NCBI RefSeq assembly: GCF_963506605.1
Contig: NC_083282.1
Location: 43,772,001-43,836,000 of the forward strand
Source: Zootoca vivipara
Taxonomy: Eukaryota
DNA: 64,000 bases
Reading direction: 5' to 3'
The position numbers were made by a program, and so were the translations under genes. The notes under the pieces were generated by a model. That model was not told the origin of the DNA and made no database searches. It saw only the letters and a list, made by a program, of their open reading frames with translations. Within the stretch, counting starts at the first letter, position 1, and each line of letters begins with the position of its first letter. Positions 32,604 to 61,686 of the stretch are shown here, in pieces.

Positions 32604-32943
32604 GCTGCCTAATCAATTTACCAGGATTCAGTTTTCCTAGGCAGGCGCAACTGTAACTGGGCTTACTTGAGTACGAACATACATTTTTATAATCAGTGTC
32701 AGCTAGGGAAAATAGTAACAGAATGCTTAATGGCTTAAGTGAATTATGGGAAATGGGTTGCAATAAAGTATCAGTATTATAAAAGGGGTGGTACTTTTTG
32801 CCAAAGTGTATTCAGTTGCCATCTTCCGATTACTTACTCCTATATAAGTCCCAGTGAACTCAGCACTTCTGAGGAGACATGAACAGGATTGCAGTGTTAT
32901 GACTTCCCCCGAACCTAAAAGGTCAAGGTTTCAGTAATGACTA

Positions 32944-33175
32944 CCGTGTTTCTCCAAAAGTAAGACACCGTCTTATATTTATTTTTCCTCCAAAAAAACA
33001 CACTATGGCTTATTTTCAGGGGATGTATTATTTTTTCCTCCTCCTGCCACGGCTGGCACTGCTGCTGCGCCTATCACTATGTCTTATTTTTGGGGTATGG
33101 CTTATATTCCTTGAATGCTTAAAAATCCTGTTACGTCTTATTTTATGGCTACGTCTTATTTTTTGAGAAACAGGG
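32944..33175. mobile_element. pogo/Tc2-like MITE between the LRRC41 and RAD54L 3' ends
   Basis: TIR CCGTGTTTCTC.AAA..TAAGAC / GTCTTATTTTTTGAGAAACAGGG, TA flanks, internal CTTATTTT repeats. Confidence 0.75.
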
Positions 33176-33343
33176 TAGGTATGCAAAGGAAGACTGAACA
33201 CTTCCATTTATAACAATCACCCCTAAAACTACTGTTACATAAGCTTCATAGGATGAGATGCTGACTCATTTAAGAGGTTGAGAGGTGAAGTCTTCCCACC
33301 AAGTTAAGCTCCACACTGCTGTACGAAGTATTGCAGTCTACAT

Positions 33344-33349
33344 TTTATT
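33344..33349 (-). terminator. Candidate polyadenylation signal for RAD54L
   Basis: AATAAA on the minus strand about 700 nt past the stop; ATTAAA variant at 33740-33745. Confidence 0.4.
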
Positions 33350-34054
33350 TTACTCTATAAAAACAGGACAGTGATAACTGGCACATATGTTATCACTATC
33401 TTTTAAAGTCAATGCTGTGGAGAGACAATAAATAAGTTTAAGATACAGAAATACTTTGTCCCGGTACTTGTGAACTCAATTTTCTTTATGTGAATCTTCT
33501 GCCTGGAGAAAAAAAAAAGGTATCAACCATCTGAGGTTCAAGTGAAAAAATAGACTTCTTTCTCCCATCTGCTTTGATTTTGAGGTGTCCAGATTCTATT
33601 TACACTAGGCCTTACCTCATTATCAGAATTAAAACAGAACTTTGATTACTATTTAACAGCAAGCAATTCCGTTTCAATAAATTGTATGTATATCCATTGT
33701 TCACTGTTATTCTTGAAAAAATAACTTTGTAGGCATGTCTTTAATTTTTTTCATTTTTCACAACAAGTAACATGGTCCAAAGAGTGATAGACTAGCATGG
33801 GACCAATTCCATGATCAGAAGTGAACACTTTTCTGTTGCGGTCTTCCCATACATGCCAGGTTTCATAAACATAATTGTACTAATGCTCTGTGACCAACTG
33901 ATTTGGCCTACCACTTTTGTAAAGGTAGCCTTTAAACACCAAAGATGATAATAGTTCTTCCACAGCATTAATGGGAGAAAAAAGTGTAACCTTAAATGTG
34001 GTGGATCAAGATAACAAATAACTTAAGTTTCAGAAAGTCAGCCCAAATCAATGG

Positions 34055-50889
<16,835 letters not shown>

Positions 50890-50949
50890 TATTTCCTCTC
50901 AGGACGAGTTAATTTCCATCTGCGTACAAGCCCAAAAGTATACTCCTAA

Positions 50950-51560
50950 ACTGCATAGGCGAAGCGGAGAGGCAGAGAAAGCAGGAGCTCTGCGTGGGGA
51001 GCAACGGAGGAAAGAACAGACACAGAGGAGAAAGAAAGAAGGAAAGAAGGGCGGGGAGGAGGCGACCCTGAAGGCAACAGATCTGAAGGAGGGGGCAGCT
51101 GCTTGAACTGGGGAAGGAAAAGTGGAAATGCCTTCTCTATGGGGAGGGGTCAGCAGCGAAGTCGGAGCCCTCGGGCAGTTGGGGAAAGGGAAGCGGGCGG
51201 GGGGGGGGACCTGGTGGAAAAGGCGGCACGAGCCCCCTCCGCCGGTCGCACGTAGACGGGGGGCGTCAAGGGGCTGCGCCACTGGCCGGGACGCGGGCGA
51301 GGAGCAGCCGCTTCCCGGCGTCTCTCTTTTCTGTTTCCCGCGCGGATATTTCCCAAGGTTTCGCCCCGCCCCTCAGCCGAGGCAAGGCCAATCGCGCGCC
51401 GACCGGGGAAGCTGCCATCGATCAGCTCCGGGTGCCTGTCGGAAGGAAAAGGACTGGCCAGCCAACAGGAGGGAGGGAGGGAGGGAGGAGCCTGCTGGGA
51501 GGGGGCGGGGCACTCTGGTGGCAGGGGCTGATGGGAGTTGTAGTCCCAAAACTGGAGGAC
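50950..51560 (-). promoter_or_regulatory. CpG-island promoter of RAD54L with E2F, GC-box and CCAAT motifs
   Basis: TTTCCCGC (E2F-type) 51334-51341, GCCCCGCCCC 51363-51372, CCAAT 51388-51392; typical of cell-cycle-regulated repair gene promoters. Confidence 0.7.
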
Positions 51561-52637
51561 GCACCAGCTTGGTGGGCAAAGACTATGCACTGGCTGGGGT
51601 TGCGGGTTGGGGGAGACCCAGGTTCATATCCCGACTCAGCCAGCGGGGTGTTAGCAGATACACGACACAGATCGAATCCACAGAGAAGAGAAATCCTGGC
51701 AACACTATACTAAGGGAAATTAAACAAAAACTGTGCATAAATTCAGAAGAGAGGAGGAGGGGGATTTCGGCAAACTCGCCTACAGACTAGCCCCGCCTAC
51801 CTCCCAACTTTTTGTTGTTCTTCCTAGGTTGATCAGACGCTTTAACCACTTTAAGCACGGGTGGATTTGTTCCTTTAAATAGCATTCCCAAGAGTTTGGT
51901 ATTTTGGCTAGTGAAGTGTAGGCAAAAGTGTGTATTTTGGGCTTAAGTGTGTGTTGTGTCTTTACTATTCCATTCTTCGTATTTATTAATTGAATTGGGG
52001 TTTCCCTTAGCTATTGAATTGAATTGAAACTTTTAGATGTTTGGCACTTTTATTCTTTAGTCGTCTTTTGACATTATTGTCACTTTTCTTTGATGTTTGG
52101 ATTTCCTGTAAGAGGGGAAACGAGCACAAATAAACAAAGACTGAAATGAATCACTACACCAGAAGAGGAATAAATTTGCTGAATGAACATTCATTACTCT
52201 GCAAGAGTAAATCCTACCTCGCCAACCTTTTTTGAATTGCTGGAGAGAGTCAACAAAAATGTAAATGAAACTAGTCCAGTAGATATTATATAAATGCTTA
52301 TCCGAAAAGCTTCTGAAAATAGTGCATCACAAAAAGCTGATGAGTAAACTTAATGGTCATGGATAAAAGCATTCATCTTAAACTGCAAATGGGAGAGGGT
52401 TTAGCAATTCTCACCCATGTACTCTTTAAATCTTTTTTAAAAATAAATATTTTAATTAATTTTCAATTTTCACTTCACACATAAAACTATATACCACTCA
52501 ACACACCAGCTGCATTGCTTAGAAATTTCAGATCAAATTCTTATAATTCAGTCCCTCCCAAAAATTCTACATTGTTATGGGATTTCGGAGGGTTAAAGAC
52601 ACAGTCCTTTTGACCATAACACCTATACAACATAAAA

Positions 52638-52980
52638 GGGATGTGGGTGGTGCTGTGGTCTAAACCACTGGGCTTGCCGATCAGAAGGTCAGCGATTCGA
52701 ATCCCCGTGACGGGGTGAGCTCCCGTTGCTCGGTCCCTGCTCCTGCCAACCTAGCAGTTCGAAAGCACGTCAAAGTGCAAGTAGATAAATAGGTACCGCT
52801 ACAGCGGGAAGGTAAATGGCGTTTCCGTGTGCTGCTCTGGTTTCACCAGAAGCGGCTTAGTCATGCTGGCCAAATGACCCAGAAAAACTGTCTGCGGACA
52901 AACGTTGGCTCCCTCGGCCAGTAAAGTGAGATGAGCACCGTGACTGGACTTAACTGTCAGGGGTCCTTTTCCTTTACCTT
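52638..52980 (+). mobile_element. Sauria SINE, full length, with TSD
   Basis: Head TGGTGCTGTGG...GATTCGAATCCC, tail CCTTTACCTT, 14-bp TSD TATACAACATAAAA (52624-52637 / 52981-52994). Confidence 0.92.
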
Positions 52981-53775
52981 TATACAACATAAAAATTAAA
53001 ACAGTTATATAAATACCACATAATAAAATACAGATTCTAACAGCAACAGCAAAAAATAAGAAGAAGAGAAAATCAGTAGCAGGGTATCTAAAATACAAAA
53101 ACAGCACACAAATGCAGATTATGTCACTCAACATGTCTTCTGTTCCTCTCAAAATTCCCAAATACTATGACCCAACTGCTCTGCAAATATGTTCATTCCC
53201 TGCAATACTGTGGCCCTTGCCCCCAATATTATTTCAGCCTCTGTACTCCTCAGATGTTGAAATCGGAATAAAGTATACCATAACATAGATCCATGTGGTT
53301 GTATGTCTCTTGTATAATGAGATTTATTACGGCATTTGGAATTTTTGCTTCCGGATTTAATTTTCTTTTAGCACTGGATTCTGAATGTCAAGCATGCTAC
53401 TTGTATTTGACAAAATTGTTTGGTGACTCCTTCAAAGTCAAAAGGACATTTTATTATACTTTCAAAATACCTGGTTGCAAGCTATACTGCATGGAAAGTG
53501 TAACCAATTAAATTATCTGGCATCCAGACAAAAGCAGTTTTAAGGAGTTTGCCTGAGCTTTGGCTGTAGCACACACCTGATTCCTAATATTGACAGCAGC
53601 TCATTGATGCTTCATTAATTTTATGTAATTATGGCTGACAATGTCTGCTGGGACCCCTGTTTAGACAGTCAAGAACTCACAGGTGTCATTTCTGAGGACG
53701 TATGCTTTTGTTTTGGCTGTTGCTCTTGTATGTCTGATCAGCTCTCTACAGCAGGGGTCCCATGAGCTTCATTCA

Positions 53776-53778
<3 letters not shown>

Positions 53779-53821
<43 letters not shown>

Positions 53822-54367
53822 TTTCTACCCTGTCCATCTTGCTGGGTTTCCCCTGCCACTCTGGGGGGCTTACAGCATAACTAAAAACATAATAAAAACA
53901 TCAAGCCTTAAAAATCTGCAAATACAGGGCTGCCTTCAGATGTCTTCCAAAAGTTGTGTAATTCTTTATCTCCTTGACATCTGAAGGGAGGGTGTTCCAC
54001 AGGGAGGGCACCACTACCGAGAAGGCTCTCTGCCTGGATCCTTGTAACTTCGCTTCTCACATTGTGGGAATGTCCAGGTGTCCAGGTTGAGCAATGGGGG
54101 TGGAGACACTGCTTCAGATATACTGGGCCAAGGCCATTTCGGGCTTTAAAGGTCAGCACCAACACCTTGAATTGTGCTCGGATATGTACTGGGAGCCAAT
54201 GTAGGTCTTTCAAGACCAGTGTTATATGGTCTCAGTGGCCGCTCCCAGTCACCAGTCTAGCTGCCACATTCTTGATTAGTTGTAGTTTCCGTGTCACCTT
54301 CAAAGGTAGCCCACGTAGAGCGCACTGCATTAGTCCAAGCGGGAGATAACCAGGGCATTCACCACTG
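53779..54367 (-). mobile_element. L2-type LINE 3' fragment with (ATT)n tail
   Basis: Minus translation LKDLHWLPVHIRAQFKVLVLTFKA.NGLGP.YL; tail appears as (AAT)14 at 53779-53820. Confidence 0.8.
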
Positions 54368-54965
54368 GCGAGACATATTGGTCTGTGGCATGTTGGCATT
54401 AAATATTCACACTCTATTTTTATTGCTTCTTTTATTTCTTATATTGTGTTTTATCGTATTGCAATCTGAATTCTATGCAATGCAAATTGTATTACAATAA
54501 AATGCAATCTTAGAAATAAAAGTAGCAATTAAAAACCACACAGCAACTAGCAAAGTGCATTACAATTGCTGTAACAAGCAGAAAAATCAGTGGTCTGCCA
54601 AGACTGTCAGCAATTTTCAAGTGGTCCATTGTAGCGAGGAGTTTGGGAACCTGTGCCCTACAGTGTCCAGGAAAAGCAAGTGGTGGTTTCACCCATTTGG
54701 CTAAATATTGGCTGAACTGGAGCCAATTTTCCTAACAAAAAAAATCCCATTTTAATAGGTCTGGTGGCACTTTTATTTCAATGAAGGTCATATGTGTGCT
54801 CAGGAGAGCAATTATTCTCCCCTTCCATCATTAATGAGTGCTATTCATGCACTATAATATATAGCATGGCATCAGTACCTTAAATGATAGTGGATAAGAG
54901 GGAATTTCAGCAGGTGTAGTTTGGGAATGTCACCATAAGTTTATCCCACCAATTTTGCCAAAGGT

Positions 54966-55104
54966 CAGGGGTGATGAACCTGTGGCCCTTCCATTGTTTC
55001 TGAATTACAACCCCCATGGTTCTTGACCATTGGCCATGCTGGTTGTGGATCATGAGAGTTGGAGTAGAACAATATCTGGAGGGTCACAGTTTCCTCCATC
55101 CCTG
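54966..55104. mobile_element. Older family-A-related MITE
   Basis: CAGGGGTGATGAACCTGTGGCCCT...TCTGGAGGGTCACAG...CCCTG. Confidence 0.6.
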
Positions 55105-56847
55105 CTATAGACCATGAGCTGTTGGGTCCTCAGCTAGGATCTTTGCAAGTGCTCCAGTGGCAAAACCATGGCAGAGATGCAGATTCTCAGCCTTGATGGA
55201 GATATTTCTGCCGTGTGTGTGTGTGTGTCTCCTTTGTTTATTTATTTAAATTTATATACTGCTTGATTGTAGGGAATAAAAAACTCAATGTGGTTTACAA
55301 AAAAAGAGAAAAATAAAATTACCACTAAAAAGTTTACAGCTATAAATTAAAACATACGGAAACTTAAAACCACAGCAGAATACCGTAGACTAAATACAAT
55401 TAAAACTCATGCAAGCATTCTAAACATCTAAGTAGGCTTGTCAAAATAAGAATGTCTTCAGCAGGCCCTGGAAAGAATACAGTGCAGGTGCCTGGCTAAT
55501 ATCAATTCTAAGGACAGTGAAGGGGTGAAATGACCAGCTTCAGTTGTGAGGCTAGATATATTGGATATATCTCTGCTCTTGCAGTCCCCTCTCCCTCCTT
55601 TGAAAAGGGGATACGCTGAAGTCAGAGGGTGCTGAATAACAGAATTCAGCAGAGCTAAGATTTGACCTCCATCTTTTATTTAATTTTGAATTATGGTTTC
55701 CACCACTCCACTTTAGAACTCCATTTTAGATTTAATGACTTTTAGCCATTTCTATTGCAGGCTCGGTGGGCAGAAAGTGGCTATTTATTATGATAATTGG
55801 GTATTTCCCCCCCCCCCCACCATAGCGTGGATAATTATTGCATGAATAGTTCATCTCCCCATACGTGGTCTGGAAGTAATTTCTCTGGATACCGTTCAGC
55901 CTGAATACAGGTCAGCGAAATGTGTGGAGTAAGGAATTGGATTAGTTCCCTGCTACAAACTAGCATGATATCATCAGGATAGAAATAGGTCCTCAGTGAT
56001 GGGGCAGGGAATGGCACGCAGGACTGTTCACCACTGGAAACAACCAGCTGGGGTTTTTTTTTATGGACCAGAGTTCTGATCAGAAAAGCTATGGAAACCC
56101 TTAAAAAACAGAAAGCTTTTATTGAAGATTTTTCTTTCTTATACAAGTCGCATGCAAGTGACACCACCTCCTCCATTTCCTTAGCATACACTAAAGATGC
56201 ACTTGTTGGACTTGTGTAGTGTTATTTGATCCAAGTCTTCTGCTTAGATTCCTTTTTCCAGATCAAGGTTCACTGTGTCATGGACACATAAGACTTGGAT
56301 ATATTCAGGTACCAAAGTAATTACTTCTATATACTTACCAGCTAATCCCCTTGCAAGCAGCAAGTGGGAATGTGAGTGCAATGCCACTACACCAGGGTCA
56401 GTTATAGGCTTTCATCACTATCAGAGACACCTGAAATGCCCTTCCACTTAAAGCCAATTTGAGGCAGAGACAAGTCATTAGCCACTGCTAAAAATATATC
56501 CGATTCCTACATCTTGCTCCTCGCTTAACAAACCAGAGGTTTTTGCATCTTAACTGAGGACTGCAACTTTCTGACCCGCCTGGTCTCAGCAGGATATTTA
56601 ATAGTCAATATTTAAATGACACCACTCTTTTATTTCCCTCTGGCATGATGGTGATATTTCTTAAGCTCCCACAAGAAGCCATTTTCTATGCTAAAACCTA
56701 GGATTACTTAATAAAATACAGGTACACCTCCCACACACATCTTACTATCTAGAGAGCATAATCTGGTTACCTCTTTCAATTGTGCCTGACTCTGTGATCC
56801 TAATCATGTTCACTCAGAAGTTATGGAAATCAATCAATTTATTCATA

Positions 56848-57185
56848 AGACTCTTGAGAGTTCCATGGACTGCAAGAAGATCAAACCTATCCATTCTTAA
56901 GGAAATCAGCCCTGAGTGCTCACTGGAAGGACAGATCCTGAAGCTGAGGCTCCAATACTTTGGCCACCTCATGAGAAGAGAAGACTCCCTGGAAAAGCCC
57001 CTGATGTTGGTAAAGATGGAGGGCACAAGGAGAAGGGGACGACAGAGGACGAGATGGTTGAACAGTGTTCTCGAACATGAGTCTGACCAAACTGCGGGAG
57101 GCAGTGGAAGACAGAAGTGCCTGGCGTGCTCTGGTCCATGGGGTCACAAAGAGTCAGACACGACTAAATGACTAAACAACAGCAA
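56848..57185 (+). mobile_element. BovB (RTE) LINE 3' fragment
   Basis: RLLRVPWTARRSNLSILKEISPECSLEGQILKLRLQYFGHLMRR...RRRGRQRTRW followed by the BovB-type 3' end GGGGTCACAAAGAGTCAGACACGACT and a CAA tail. Confidence 0.9.
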
Positions 57186-57373
57186 AGTGGGCATCAAATT
57201 GCAGGCATAATTCCAAAGTGGCCTCTTTCACACTTATGAAATGTTTGGTTTTTTGTTTGCTATCTCTTTCACACTTTTCCTGGAAGCAGCTCTATGGGTG
57301 ACATACATCGTTCTATAACAACAAATATATACATTTTCTTATCTTCAAAACACCCCTATGAGGTAGGCTAGGC

Positions 57374-57509
57374 CAGGCACCCCCAAACTTCGGCCCTCCA
57401 GATGTTTTGGACTACAGTTCCCATCTTCCCCAACCACTGGTCCTGTTAGCTAGGGATCATGGGAGTTGTAGGCCAAAACATCTGGAGGGCCGAAGTTTGG
57501 GGACACCTG
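57374..57509. mobile_element. hAT MITE family A, nested in a SINE-like remnant
   Basis: 8-bp TSD GGCTAGGC. Confidence 0.9.
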
Positions 57510-58168
57510 GGCTAGGCTGTGTGATAGTGACTTCCACAAGGTCACAAAGGTTAGTTTCATGGCTGACCGAAGATTTCAACTTGGGTCTTCCCTGTCCTGG
57601 ACTGGCACTGTAACCCAGCGGTCACCAGTCTTTTTGGACTGATAGGTATACTGTACTTTGGATTTTGAGAAAGTGCCATGGGAAACAGGGACAAAACAGT
57701 GGTTGTTGGGAGTGTGAAATAAAACAGAATAATTGCTGTATCTGAAAGAGCAGGAATGGGAACACAAAACGGTATGGTCATGCTCCCTGCCTCCATCCAT
57801 GGAAAAAGGCACAGACACTAGTCACCACTGGTCTCATTCACAGAGCACAGCTGTTTACTCCTCTGTCCAGAATATAAGGGTATTTGGCATCCAACAAAAC
57901 GTAGGCATGTTCAGGGATCTGTGTTCAGTGCAGGAGAGACTGAGCTACAGCAAACAGAAACTGGTCAGGAAAAGCGGGCTGTTATGAATTTGAGGTGATG
58001 TTTACTAAGACCTTTCACATAGAAAATACTAGTGGGTACACTGATGCCCACGGGCACTAGGTTGGTGACCCATGCTTTAACCATTACGCCCTTTCCACTG
58101 TTGAGATTCTCAGCTCCCCCCCTCCATATCTGCTAGAAGCTGATGGGTGATTTTTGCATAGGGAAGGG

Positions 58169-58344
58169 AAGTGTTTTTTTTTCTGGAGGGGCGCAGGGGT
58201 ACGGATACCCCTAAACATTTTGTGAATCTTTGTACTTTTGTCCATTTACTGTATTTATTTTTCCCGATTTGAACTATAAAATGGTGATTTTCTTGAGTCA
58301 AAATGAGAGTACCCCTAAACTTTTTTAAAATAAAAAATGCACTG
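58169..58344. mobile_element. hAT-like MITE family B
   Basis: 8-bp TSD GGGAAGGG. Confidence 0.8.
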
Positions 58345-59752
58345 GGGAAGGGGGATGATACCGTCTCTGTAAAGCACACAGCATTTACTTTGTCACAAGA
58401 GCATGTATCACAAATGACACCCCTCTCAAAGAGGTAGGTATAGGAAAAGTCTCTCCCGGCACTTCACAAATGGTAGCATCTGCATTTTCCCCGACTTAAG
58501 ATTCTCCCTATGTAGAAAAAAAAGATGTTTTGAAAAAACTCAAAAGCTAGGAAGATTTGGAGGCACAACCACTGTCAAGAGATATTAATTAGAGTTCACT
58601 GGACTATAAAATATTCTAGTTCCCCTCGCCCTCCCTGCTTTTTTTTTGCTTTCCATTTTTTGAGAAGCAAGCTGGACCAATGGAAAATGACAAATGCATA
58701 TACCAAAAAGGGGGCGGGGTGGGGAAGCTAGGCAAGCAGGGTTTTCTCCTGAAGGACTACAGTCAAATGCTACTGATGTCAAAAGAAAATGTTGGAATCA
58801 CAGTGAGTGAATGATGACAAAATGCCTGATGGACTGCTTCCTTTACCTCTTTTGCGTCCAACCAGAAGCCAAGCTGTCACTCAATGCCAAACTAGAGAGA
58901 CCTTAAATGTCTCCTCTCAGCTCATCCCTGGAACAAACAGCATCCTGATATTTCATGTCTATGGAAGCAGTCTTTATTGCAAATAAGATCGTCATTTGAC
59001 CTGCCTTCTTTAATGAGACTGGATTGAAGGCTTCCTGCTGAGGCTGGGATTTTTGCCAGAGCAGTGATAAGCCTTTCCTAGCTATGGCCTTGGTAAGACT
59101 CTTGGCTTGACACCCCACCCCCACCCGTGGCTCTGACCCCTGGAGTGATTCCTATTTCCTTGTTCCAAGTTTGAGGCTTCCTCTCAATGAGTACCTAAGG
59201 CACAGCTCCAACAAACTGCCCTGCTGCACCCAGAATCCCTCACTTATAGGCTTACTGTCCATGTTATCTCTGAGTTTTAGCTGGACCAGAGAACCTTCTG
59301 CCCAGTTCTTCTCCTTTTCTCCTAAAATCTATAAATATCATAATGAAACACATACCACCCAAGTGTCCCAATTTTCCAGGGACAGTCCTGGAATTACAGA
59401 AGCCATCCTGGTTTCTGATTTCATACCAGAATGTCCCAGTTTTTCTTTCTTCCTCCCCTCCACACCTTGGAGGCCAAGATGTCAAGATCTGCATCTCTTC
59501 CTTTGTGGGAGGTGGGGAGAGCATGTGTTATTATTGTGCAGCAAATGTTTAACAGCATAGGAACCTGAGTTACCTTCAGCTTGTGTTCAGCTAAGCACCT
59601 TCCCATGTGCAAGAAATCACAACTAATTGGAGCCCATGGTTTTGTGCCTGCTGCATACTTTGCTTTATTGCTGGGCACTTGACACACTAGCTCAAGGGAC
59701 AGCAGAAATGTTACTCACTAAAAGCCTAAGCCTTAAGGCTAATGCTTCAGAC

Positions 59753-59888
59753 TAGGCATCCCCAAACTGCGGCCCTCCAGATGTTTTGGCCTACAACTCC
59801 CATTATCCCTAGCTAACAGGACCAGTGGTCAGGGATGATGGGAATTGTAGTCCAAAACATCTGGAGGGCCGAAGTTTGGGGATGCCTG
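59753..59888. mobile_element. hAT MITE family A
   Basis: 8-bp TSD CTTCAGAC. Confidence 0.92.
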
Positions 59889-60765
59889 CTTCAGACCCTA
59901 ACAGATCCTTTTATCTGTCTGGTGATTTACTGTAATTTTCCTTTAGATTCCAAAATGATGGGAAATTACGACATTCTGCTGTTCATTTTTTATATCACTG
60001 TGGTGATTTAATTAGCCGGTGTACACACTATAACTTTGAATCCCATTCTTTTCCTCAAAGAATGCTAGGTAATGGAGTTTGTTAAGGGTTGCTGGGGATT
60101 GTAACACTGTAAGAGGGGTAACTCCCGTACCCATAATTCTTTGAGGGAAAGAATGTGCTTCAAATGTGCTTTAAAGGTACTATATATATATAATGTTGCG
60201 TGCACGCGCGCGCACACACACAGCCACTATCTTTTCTCTCTGTCTCACAGTTAGCTCTCTCAAGTTTGAAGCTTGTCAAATAGTGGTATAAATTCTCGGC
60301 ACCTGGAGAGAGAAAGACAATATTCCCTTCTTGGAGGGAAAAAAAATCAATTCTTTATATTTTTTCAAAAAACTACTTGAAGGTAAATTAGAGAGGCAGC
60401 TAAGTAGTTCCTGTGGAGAAGCAGGTGCCCAGCTTTCTTTTATCAAAGGGCTAATCTGTAGATCACCATGATGCAGACTTTGCAGAGAGGCTGGATTTAG
60501 TAGTGCTATTACCTTGCATTATGAGCTCCTGCTGGGAAAAGAAAAGGCAAAATTGCCAACAGACATCAGCAGGACTCAGGAGAAGGTAGAAAGTGCCACC
60601 TTTACAGTAAGACATTTCTCTCCAGCAACTAGACAAGATAATTGTTAACTACATCAGGCAAACTAAGACTTGGATCCAAACTAAGGATACACAATATATG
60701 CACACTTACCTGGAAGTCACGTGAATTCTCATACTCTCCAACACACCTCAGATGAAAATAGGGAC

Positions 60766-61284
60766 ATTGATTGATTGATTGATTGATTACGGTTCTTGAC
60801 CAGCACACATAAATATGCAATACATAAAACAATAAAAGAAAAACAGTAATAATCTAAAAATAGGCAATAAATATAAGTTTTAACAATTGTTTAAAAGAAA
60901 ACTGATTAAAAGGAGTGTTACTACTTAGGGAGGTAGACTACAGCAATTAATAACACTGGGTCCTCTTTAGCTAGTCCTGAAGATGTTCTGAAGATATTTG
61001 GACACTGCTAATTAGATTAGACCAAATTTTTATGACTCTAGCACAGAATTTGGCTACCTTCGCTGACACATTAGAGTTAGTGTTGGAAAGAAGCCACTCT
61101 ATATAGAAATTATCCGAGCGTCCAGGTAGCTCTGCCAGTATAGTGTGGATAAGCTCGCCTCGCACCTCCTCGTAGAAGCAGCATCGCAAAAGTATATGGC
61201 CGATAGATTCCATTTCTCCTGATCCGCACAGGCAGGGACATTTTCCTAGCCTCTCTGACTCCAAGCCAGAGTGGGGAGGTGCAC

Positions 61285-61336
<52 letters not shown>

Positions 61337-61420
61337 GCACCCTTGATAGGGGCCAACCTGACGAACTCCAATATATGCCCCTGCCTTCACCACACGAGCA
61401 GGAATAACCACAAAGCATTA
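60766..61420 (-). mobile_element. Non-LTR retroelement 3' fragment (RTE-X-like) with (CAAT)n tail
   Basis: Minus translation C.CGSGEMESIGHILLRC..YEEVR (CCHC-type C-terminus); tetranucleotide tail 60766-60788; interrupted by (CA)n. Confidence 0.55.
61290..61334. repeat. (CA)n microsatellite
   Basis: About 22 units. Confidence 0.95.
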
Positions 61421-61463
61421 AGTTAGCAAACGTGATTGTTTTTAGACCTTTCTCCCACTTATA

Positions 61464-61686
61464 CAGTGGTAGGTACCTCAGTTTTCGAATGTCTTGGAGG
61501 TCGAACGTTTCGATTTCCGAACGCCAAAAACCCAGAAGCTTTTCGGAAGTCGAATGTGCCACGTGGCTCCCGTATTGAGTTTTCCATAAGTAAATGCTTC
61601 TGGAAGTAAATGCTTTGGTTTTTGAACATTTCGGAAGTCAAACAGTCTTCTGGAAAGGATTACGTTCAAAAACCGAGGTACCACAG
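61464..61686. mobile_element. Tc1/mariner (Tigger-like) MITE
   Basis: CAGTGGT..GTACCTC...GAGGTACCACAG, TA flanks. Confidence 0.75.

Noticed and set aside
51122-51790. 222-aa plus-strand ORF at the RAD54L promoter
   Set aside because: CpG-island artefact that includes a MITE remnant.
52638-52710. tRNA genes at SINE heads
   Set aside because: A and B boxes are present but belong to SINEs with TSDs and tails; no full cloverleaf.
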